The notes below the pieces were generated by a model that saw nothing but the letters and a program-made list of their open reading frames with translations, ran no database searches and was not told where the DNA came from. 64,000 bases of DNA from Candidatus Falkowbacteria bacterium GW2011_GWF2_43_32 (GTDB lineage: Bacteria > Patescibacteriota > Patescibacteriia > Patescibacteriales > UBA12465), in assembly GCA_000999715.1 (NCBI GenBank), contig LCGL01000003.1:26942-90941 (forward strand), in the 5' to 3' direction. Positions 9,309-16,464 of this stretch are shown piece by piece. The first letter of the stretch is position 1; each line of letters opens with the position of its first letter. Both the position numbers and the translations under genes were made by a program.

Positions 9309-10244
9309 ATGAAAAAAGTTATTATGTTTGCGCTTCTTATTTGGGGTATAGGCCTGAAAGCGCAAGACCTGGATGTATTCCAAGCTGACCTCTTATGGAA
9401 TTACCAGGGAAGCGATTACCAGCCTAACCGTTTAGGAAATGGCTGGCAGATTCAACCGGAAATACGTTATTATTTCCTGGAAGCTCACGGTAGCGGACTC
9501 ATTCCGTATTACCAGAATACTTTGACTTACGAGAAAAACTTTCTGGTCGGCATTTACTTTTGCGCCGCCTGGCAAGAAGAATGGAAGCGCGCCAGCGTAA
9601 CCGAATATCCTAAGATCATTGAAGGCATCTCAAAAAATGCCGGAATTCAAAAATTTGACTTCGGCCTGAGCTTGCAATATATTCCCGATCCGACGGTATT
9701 TCTTACTCTGGAAGCAGGAATGAGCATTAAAAGTCTTTACATCAAAAACGGTGTACACGACTCCGTACCCGAATATCCGTACTATCAGGGTGTGCCAATC
9801 AAATTCGGCATCCGATATCTGGATGACAGTTTTGATTTTTTCAACAAAATTAATTTATTGTTGGAAACCAATAATTCATTCCATGAATATCAATCCATTC
9901 AAAGCGGTGAAAAATTTTTTATTGACACCGCCGCAATGGCCGACGAACATTTTTTCGCCGTCAACTTGGAATGTAACATTTTGTCTCCATGGTTCAATCG
10001 CAACGCCCTATTAGACGTTTCCTTAATCAACCAATATCAATGGTATCAAGGAAAAGATTATTTCGGCCTGATGATGGACACGGGTAAAAACGAAGACTAT
10101 AAAGTCGGAATCGGCCTGGCGATACGTGAATTCCAGAAACTTGACGAGGCAATAAAAATTTCCGCCTTATTCGGACAATCCGGGTTTTCTCTGGGACTGA
10201 CGATAAAGCTCGGTCCTTTGTATGATTTATCTCCTAACCACTAA
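9309..10244 (+). CDS. Orphan secreted protein, probable outer-membrane beta-barrel (SPI, +1 Gln)
   Basis: Signal ends LKA|Q; aromatic amphipathic strands (FDFGLSLQY, FGIRY, GFSLGLTIKL); GGAGG SD. Confidence 0.6.
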   Translation: MKKVIMFALLIWGIGLKAQDLDVFQADLLWNYQGSDYQPNRLGNGWQIQPEIRYYFLEAHGSGLIPYYQNTLTYEKNFLVGIYFCAAWQEEWKRASVTEYPKIIEGISKNAGIQKFDFGLSLQYIPDPTVFLTLEAGMSIKSLYIKNGVHDSVPEYPYYQGVPIKFGIRYLDDSFDFFNKINLLLETNNSFHEYQSIQSGEKFFIDTAAMADEHFFAVNLECNILSPWFNRNALLDVSLINQYQWYQGKDYFGLMMDTGKNEDYKVGIGLAIREFQKLDEAIKISALFGQSGFSLGLTIKLGPLYDLSPNH

Positions 10245-10255
10245 AAATTTACGAA

Positions 10256-10957
10256 ATGGACACATCGGACAACAAAGAAAAAACTGCCAAGACCGGAACG
10301 AAAAAACCGGAAACAGAAGAAGAAAAAAAAGCTAAAGAAGAAAGATTAAAGCTTTGGCGCGAAAATGAGGCTAAGAGAAAAGCTGAGAAAAAACGTAAGC
10401 TGATGCTATTGATCATGAGTTTGGCGCTAGCAATAATTACATTTTTTCTTTTCCTGGGATACGTTCTGGGATATGTGAACATGAAAACTGCCAAAAAAAA
10501 TAATGACGACAGCTTTCAAAACGTTAACACACAAATATCCAATTTAGATTCGACGTTGATTAAAACTCAAAATCGGCTGATTGCAGTACAGCAAGAAACC
10601 ACCAATTTGGACTCAGCATTGGTTCAAACTCAAAACCAGCTGATTACAGCGCAACAAGAAATCACTAATAAATTGGAATCTAATTACCGGGCCGTCAAAA
10701 AACAAGTCAATAATGTGGACTGGAAATTAAAAACCGTTCAAAAAAAAGTGACGGAGATGGAGAAAAAAACTCAGGACAGCTTGGATAACGCAAAAGAGCG
10801 AGAAAAAACCATTCTTTTGCTATTGCTCAGTCAGAAAAAAACCATGGCCAAACAGGACAGCGTAATTACCGAATTAACGACAAAAACCGTTAAATTAGAC
10901 AGCGCTACCACGATAGCTAATGAAGCCCTGGTTAAAAAACACTGGCGATTACGATAA
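10256..10957 (+). CDS. Single-pass membrane protein with extracytoplasmic coiled coil
   Basis: Charged N-terminus, one TM segment, 21-aa internal repeat (NLDSxLxxTQNxLIxxQQE x2). Confidence 0.75.
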   Translation: MDTSDNKEKTAKTGTKKPETEEEKKAKEERLKLWRENEAKRKAEKKRKLMLLIMSLALAIITFFLFLGYVLGYVNMKTAKKNNDDSFQNVNTQISNLDSTLIKTQNRLIAVQQETTNLDSALVQTQNQLITAQQEITNKLESNYRAVKKQVNNVDWKLKTVQKKVTEMEKKTQDSLDNAKEREKTILLLLLSQKKTMAKQDSVITELTTKTVKLDSATTIANEALVKKHWRLR

Positions 10958-10979
10958 TTGCCTACAATAAGCCAAAAAT

Positions 10980-11007
10980 AAGGACGTTTTTCAAAAACGT
11001 CCTTTTT
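10980..11007 (+). terminator. Intrinsic terminator
   Basis: AAGGACGTTTTT-C-AAAAACGTCCTTTTT. Confidence 0.8.
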
Positions 11008-11040
11008 CATTTTTAATGATAGGTTTAATGATTAAACCTC

Positions 11041-11068
11041 TTGACAAAATCGTCATTTATGTTAAAAT
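11041..11068 (+). promoter_or_regulatory. sigma70 promoter for 11134..12549
   Basis: TTGACA-16-TAAAAT with extended -10 TG. Confidence 0.7.
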
Positions 11069-11133
11069 GATAAGATTTCTTAAAACATAAGAAATTTGAA
11101 AAATTGTAAATTAACAATCTAAATACCGAAATA

Positions 11134-12549
11134 ATGAAAAAAATCCTGTTTTTATTCGTAACGGCTGTATTCTTAATGATAGGATCGGCAGGAACCAACG
11201 CTCAAGGAAGCGTTAAGAGAATCAACGGAGTAATAAAGAACTCCGCTGACCGCGCCGTAGTATTCGGCTCTATCGCCAACGACCCGACACCGCCGGGAGG
11301 AACAATCACTCTAAAAGTAAACCAGGGAGAAAATATGATTCCCATATTATTCGCAAATCAAGCCGGAAACGCTCTGGACACCGTCACGGTAAAAGTTAAT
11401 TTTCACAGAGACGGCGACGTCTTTGAACTCACTACCGGACATTTAGGGAGATTTAATAATTCCAAACCCGACCTCACGGTTACTGCCGACAGAAATACCG
11501 GCAAAACGGTAAGCAATCAGTTGGACGGAATATTATTTTTTCTGGACCGGGGTATTTGCTTATCGCCGGGAACAAGCTCGCAAGAACTGATCGACCTTTC
11601 GCCTAACGAAAGAATAGTGATTGAAAAAAACTATCGCCTATTCTTTTTAGAAATTAGTGATTTCTTCGCCAAGAACGATAAGACGTATGCGGTCAGCCAA
11701 GAAACTTTGCTTCAAGGAAGCGGTCGCGACAGCATTATGGTGTCTTTAATCGCCGACGGAAGCGATTACGTTTTCATAGATGATCAAACCCGGGAAGTGA
11801 AAGGCATAAAATCGTCAAAAGGACGAGGCGGATATCAAAAGAATTTTGTTGAAGGCGCCAACACCATTTTAATGCAAACTCTGATGAATGGTGTCGCTCA
11901 AACAAGATACTACACTTTCATGGCTTCTAAAGGAAACACTACGGTTAGCCCGCCCGCCAGCGCTTTTGACAATCCGCCGCTATATTACGGCAGAAGAATC
12001 AAATTACCGCTTGCTGGTTTTGACAAGAGTTGCAGTTTCGAAATATTCGATCCTGTCAGCAAAACCTGGCTCAATGAAGTAATTATTGACGAAAACGGTT
12101 CTGTTAACGCTCAAACTTGCTTTCTCGGCATGAATCGCGTTCGGGTAAGCTATTTTGAAAAAACTCCTCAGGGCAGAATAAGGTATTCGTTTGAATATTT
12201 TAAACTGATTTCTGAAACAGACTCCGTTTTCAAAATAGATCCCAATTATTTCTGGTTACTGGCCGGAAAACCCGTGCCGGTTATTTTGAAAAATTCCGCT
12301 AAGAATGTTCTATTTCAACAAATAGAACTATGGAGTTTAAATCAACAGCTTAATCCCAGAAACATAGTGATTAAGAAGGACTATCCGACTGAAAAAACCT
12401 ATGTCAGAGAGGGAATCGCTCGCTTGCCGGGAAGATACACCGAAGGCTTAACCATCAGGAACCTGACCGTATCTTTCATTGTTTCTTCTCAAGACAAGAA
12501 CAAGCCGATAGAAATCAGAGATGAAAATATTGATCGAACGCAACGATGA
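11134..12549 (+). CDS. Orphan secreted beta-rich protein (SPI, +1 Gln)
   Basis: Signal ends TNA|Q; repeated Ig-like GxNxI motifs (QGENMI, EGANTI, LGMNRV). Confidence 0.65.
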   Translation: MKKILFLFVTAVFLMIGSAGTNAQGSVKRINGVIKNSADRAVVFGSIANDPTPPGGTITLKVNQGENMIPILFANQAGNALDTVTVKVNFHRDGDVFELTTGHLGRFNNSKPDLTVTADRNTGKTVSNQLDGILFFLDRGICLSPGTSSQELIDLSPNERIVIEKNYRLFFLEISDFFAKNDKTYAVSQETLLQGSGRDSIMVSLIADGSDYVFIDDQTREVKGIKSSKGRGGYQKNFVEGANTILMQTLMNGVAQTRYYTFMASKGNTTVSPPASAFDNPPLYYGRRIKLPLAGFDKSCSFEIFDPVSKTWLNEVIIDENGSVNAQTCFLGMNRVRVSYFEKTPQGRIRYSFEYFKLISETDSVFKIDPNYFWLLAGKPVPVILKNSAKNVLFQQIELWSLNQQLNPRNIVIKKDYPTEKTYVREGIARLPGRYTEGLTIRNLTVSFIVSSQDKNKPIEIRDENIDRTQR

Positions 12550-12576
12550 TATTTTCTCAATGTCTATCAAAAATTC

Positions 12577-12653
12577 AACGCTCGCGATCTAATCATTTAG
12601 ATCCGAGCGTTTTTTATACTAAAATACCCCTTTCAATGAAAGGGGTATTTTTT
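12577..12653. terminator. Pair of terminators between convergent genes
   Basis: AACGCTCG...CGAGCGTTTTTT and AAAATACCCCTTTC-AAT-GAAAGGGGTATTTT. Confidence 0.8.
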
Positions 12654-12678
12654 ATTTGATATTTTATCAATCCGATTA

Positions 12679-13782
12679 TTATTTCACCTCTTCGTAAACC
12701 CGGGCGACATCTTTGGCAATATCCTCCCAATTAAATTCCTGTTTCACCCGTTGACGACCGTCAGCGGCCTTCGCCGCCACCGCCTCCGGACTGTCCAAAG
12801 CGGCCTGTAGTTTTATCTTTAAATCATCCACATTTTTATTGGCAAAAACAAATCCGGCCTCACCTAAGGCCTCCAAATTAGCCCGAATATCGCTCACCAA
12901 GCAAGCGGTTTGATAGCCCATCGCTTCCAACAAAGAAATAGACAGGCCTTCGCTTTCCGACGGCTGAACGAATAAATAAGCGTTGGAATAAAGCTCGCCT
13001 AAAGTCCGTCCGGTCTGATTGCCGGTAAAAATAATATTTTCATGACCGGCCGCGGAAGCGTGCAATTCGGCCACATAATCATCGGTATAAGCGCCGTCAC
13101 CGACGATAACCAACTTCTTATCGGTTTGCAAACGTTTATAAGCGTCAATCAAATATTGGATGCCTTTATGACGCACCAGACGGCCGATATAAACAAAATA
13201 ATCGTTTCCTTCCAGTCCCCAGCGTCTGATTTCCCGTACCGGAGTTTTTTCCATGATGGCGGCGCCGTTAGGAATATATAAGGAATTCTTATGAAATTCG
13301 CGCGGTACGTATTCCGTCAATTCTTTGGAAATAGTAATAATCCGGTCGGCCAAAGCACAGCCGATTCTTTCGCCGCAACGCAAATATAAGCGCGCAAACC
13401 ATCCCCATTTCTGGTGATAATAATCCTGGCAGTGAAAAGTAAAGACAATCGGCGTTTTCGGTTTGAATAATTTAACAATCCACATCAAAGACGCCGGACC
13501 GATAGATTGAAAATGAATAACGTCTACCCGACGAAAAATAAGGTCCAGACAAGCCAAAAAAGTATGAGAGATCGCTTCAAAATGTTTGCCGCGCAAACCG
13601 GGCAAATTAATGATTTTCACTCCCTTATATTCTTTCAGGCGTTCCGGCAAATAACCGTTACGGCTATATACAAAAACTTCCTGGCCGGCAGCCGCCAAGT
13701 TAACAGCCAAACTTTCCACGTATCTTTCTACGCCGCCAGTTTTAGCCGGTATACCTTTTTGTCCAATAAACGCAATTTTCAT
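12679..13782 (-). CDS. Glycosyltransferase family 4
   Basis: GQKGIPAKTGGVE N-terminus; IGRLVRHKG; PSESEGLSISLLEAM. Confidence 0.92.
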   Translation of the reverse strand: MKIAFIGQKGIPAKTGGVERYVESLAVNLAAAGQEVFVYSRNGYLPERLKEYKGVKIINLPGLRGKHFEAISHTFLACLDLIFRRVDVIHFQSIGPASLMWIVKLFKPKTPIVFTFHCQDYYHQKWGWFARLYLRCGERIGCALADRIITISKELTEYVPREFHKNSLYIPNGAAIMEKTPVREIRRWGLEGNDYFVYIGRLVRHKGIQYLIDAYKRLQTDKKLVIVGDGAYTDDYVAELHASAAGHENIIFTGNQTGRTLGELYSNAYLFVQPSESEGLSISLLEAMGYQTACLVSDIRANLEALGEAGFVFANKNVDDLKIKLQAALDSPEAVAAKAADGRQRVKQEFNWEDIAKDVARVYEEVK

Positions 13783-13803
13783 ACATCTATAATATAACGT
13801 TTT

Positions 13804-13832
13804 ATTGTACTACATAACAAATATTTTGTCAA
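13804..13832 (-). promoter_or_regulatory. sigma70 promoter for GT4
   Basis: TTGACA-17-TACAAT on minus strand. Confidence 0.7.
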
Positions 13833-13932
13833 GGAAAAGGGAACAACCAAAACCCGGTAAACATAAGGTCAAAAAGATGAACTAATATGAATAAAAATCA
13901 TTTAATATTAGCTAAATATGCCCCTATAAAAC

Positions 13933-13962
13933 CCAAAAACTCATTATATAATGAGTTTTTGG
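13933..13962 (-). terminator. Palindromic terminator downstream of corA
   Basis: Perfect 30-bp palindrome CCAAAAACTCATTATATAATGAGTTTTTGG. Confidence 0.6.
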
Positions 13963-14002
13963 CCATTCACAAATATTCAATTAAAAATGACGCGGGGAAA
14001 AA

Positions 14003-14965
14003 CTACAACCATTTCTTCTGCCTGAAAAACAAGAGCATGCCGACACAACCGATTAACATAATACCGATAATTATCCAAAATCCCCAGGGCTGATCTACAA
14101 AGGGCATATATTTGGCGTTCATGCCGAAAATGGCGGCCAAAAGAGTAAGCGGAAAAACAATCACGGAAAAAATAGTCAAAGTTTTCATGATATCGGTCAT
14201 CTGGTTATTCAACAAAGATTCGTTCGTATTGTTCAACACTTCCACCATTTCTTTCTGATTATCCAAAATTTCCCAAATCCGTTTGGAATGTTCCACTAAA
14301 TCGGCATAATATTTTTTGATGGCCCCTTTCTCCACGATACTGCTTTCTATCTCCAAGAGTTTCTGAAAAATATTTTTATGATTCTGAATAATTTTACGGA
14401 CATTGATAATATTGCGCCGCAAGTTCAAAATCTGTTCTACCGCTTCTTTTTGTTTACGGTCAAAAATCAAATCTTCAATCTCCGCCAGACTGATACTGTT
14501 CTCGTCCAAAAGCGGATAACAACTGTTAATCAAAACATTTAAAATTTCATACAATAAAATAGCCGACGATTCCAAGGAATAAGCCAAAAGGGAAGCGGGG
14601 TTTTTACGGCCCAAATTGAAAAAATCGGCCAAAACTTTTAAGGAATTGTTGTGGGCCGTAATCAAAAAACCGTGTCCGATGAAAAAATCGACTTCGCTGG
14701 CCACGATCCGACCTCCTTTAAACGTGGGGAAGTGCAGAATCAAAAAAAGATATTTGCCGCCGCGAAAAATTTGCGGCCGCTGAAAAGAAACCGCCGCCGA
14801 AGCCGATCGCAGATGCGCCAAATCAAAAGCATAATTACGGCGCAAATAATCAATTTCGGTTTTGCCGGCATTCACGATATTGAGCCATTTCAAACGCGAG
14901 GCCGATCGGGGATTATCAACCATCAGCTCTTCAATGCGATCGCTGATTTTTCTATAATTGGACAT
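14003..14965 (-). CDS. corA: CorA-family Mg2+/Co2+ transporter
   Basis: MKTLT...PLT...FGMN...MP signature, two C-terminal TM segments ending KKWL. Confidence 0.92.
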   Translation of the reverse strand: MSNYRKISDRIEELMVDNPRSASRLKWLNIVNAGKTEIDYLRRNYAFDLAHLRSASAAVSFQRPQIFRGGKYLFLILHFPTFKGGRIVASEVDFFIGHGFLITAHNNSLKVLADFFNLGRKNPASLLAYSLESSAILLYEILNVLINSCYPLLDENSISLAEIEDLIFDRKQKEAVEQILNLRRNIINVRKIIQNHKNIFQKLLEIESSIVEKGAIKKYYADLVEHSKRIWEILDNQKEMVEVLNNTNESLLNNQMTDIMKTLTIFSVIVFPLTLLAAIFGMNAKYMPFVDQPWGFWIIIGIMLIGCVGMLLFFRQKKWL

Positions 14966-15060
14966 AAAAATGAAGCTGGGCCGTCAATCGCCGTTCACTT
15001 TGACGAAAGACTGTATTTATAATAAAATAAGAGTATTAATTCTGTAATTGATTATAGCAT

Positions 15061-16314
15061 ATGGCCAATATTTTGGGAATAAATCTGAGCGAATTGAAGC
15101 GCGGGGAACTGGACAAAAAAATTGCAGAATTCCTGAGCGGCGGCCATCACTACCTGGTCACTCCCAATCCGGAAATAATTCTGGCGGCGCATCGCGATGA
15201 AGAATTATTCTATATTTTAAACAGGGCCGATTTGGTTTTGGCCGACGGTTTCGGCTTAAAAGTGGCCGGTTGGTTAAACGCTTGCAAAATATCACGTTTC
15301 ACCGGCGCCGATTTGACCTTGAAATTACTGCAAACAGCCGCCGTTCACGCTCAAAAGGTCATGATTCTCAATTGGCAAGACGGTTTAAGCCGAGCAACCG
15401 ATATCGAGGCCGCACTGCGACGTCGCTGGCCGGCATTGAATTGCCGCGCGCTGGACATAGAGCGTTCGCCGATTTTAAATGAGACGACCAGGGCAACTAT
15501 CAATGCTTTCGCGCCGACAATTTTATTTTGCACTTTCGGATCGCCGTTCCAGGAAAAAACCGTCTACCATAATTTGTCGTCCTGGCCGAGCGTCAGATTG
15601 GCCCTGGGAGTCGGCGGCGCTTTCGATTTCATTACCGAAAAAATAAAACGGGCACCGAAATTTTTCAGAATAATCGGCTTGGAATGGTTATGGCGCCTCA
15701 TTAAACAACCGAAAAGAATCAGACGAATCTATAACGCCACTTTAGTTTTTATGATGAAGGCTCTGCGCGCTCGCTTCGTCAATATCTGGTTGTACCGTCC
15801 CAACGTGGCTTGTCTGCTTTATAAAAAAACGACCGGAACCGTTAAAATATTATTGGTAGAAAGGGAAGACGAACCCGGCCACTGGCAATTGCCTCAGGGA
15901 GGTTTGGACGGCGAATCTCTGACCCAGGCCGGCACTCGGGAACTCCGGGAAGAAGTCGGCGCAACCGCCGCCGAGGTCCGGGCAACTTTCAAAAATTTAT
16001 ACCGGTATAAATTTACCGGCAATCGTAAATTCGGCCATGATAAAACTCGCACAGAGAAAATTAAAACTGAAAAAAATAAATCGAACAAATTGGACGAGCT
16101 GGAACAGAAACGCTATAAATACGATTACAAAGGCCAGAAGCAAGGCTTATGCGTCGCGGAATTTTTGGGCAACGACCGCGATTTGCAAGTAAACTTCTGG
16201 GATCATCGCGCCTGGAAATGGGTAGAGGCCGACCGGTTGACAGAAGAAGTTCATCCGGTGCGACGACCGGCCGCTGAAATATTTTTAGAAAAATTTAAAT
16301 CTTTAAATTTATAA
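15061..16314 (+). CDS. WecB/TagA/CpsF glycosyltransferase fused to RppH-like Nudix hydrolase
   Basis: TPNPE, LADGFG, GVGGAFD, RAP, LEWLWRL (TagA), then YRPNV, WQLPQGG...RELREEVG, GQKQ (RppH-type Nudix). Confidence 0.85.
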   Translation: MANILGINLSELKRGELDKKIAEFLSGGHHYLVTPNPEIILAAHRDEELFYILNRADLVLADGFGLKVAGWLNACKISRFTGADLTLKLLQTAAVHAQKVMILNWQDGLSRATDIEAALRRRWPALNCRALDIERSPILNETTRATINAFAPTILFCTFGSPFQEKTVYHNLSSWPSVRLALGVGGAFDFITEKIKRAPKFFRIIGLEWLWRLIKQPKRIRRIYNATLVFMMKALRARFVNIWLYRPNVACLLYKKTTGTVKILLVEREDEPGHWQLPQGGLDGESLTQAGTRELREEVGATAAEVRATFKNLYRYKFTGNRKFGHDKTRTEKIKTEKNKSNKLDELEQKRYKYDYKGQKQGLCVAEFLGNDRDLQVNFWDHRAWKWVEADRLTEEVHPVRRPAAEIFLEKFKSLNL

Positions 16315-16464
16315 TATCAAGAAATAAATTTACGTCATTAGCTGTCTGGCAACATATTTCTCCGCTTAGATGATTTCTGTGGTAAAAATTAATTAACATT
16401 AATTTTTACTTTACGAAATCATATGCGCTCCAAAATATATTGCCAGTCAGCATATAATTCATAT

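Noticed and set aside
3094..12549. Classical polysaccharide utilisation locus or integron cassette array
   Set aside because: No SusC/SusD-sized genes; genes lie on both strands with their own promoters; the hairpins are terminators, not attC sites.
6390..12549. UGA recoding (genetic code 25)
   Set aside because: TGA ends genes at sensible positions (6397, 12549, xer, tgt) and core genes are full-length in code 11.
13887..14093. 68-aa ORF
   Set aside because: AT-rich, spans a terminator palindrome and overlaps the corA end on the opposite strand.
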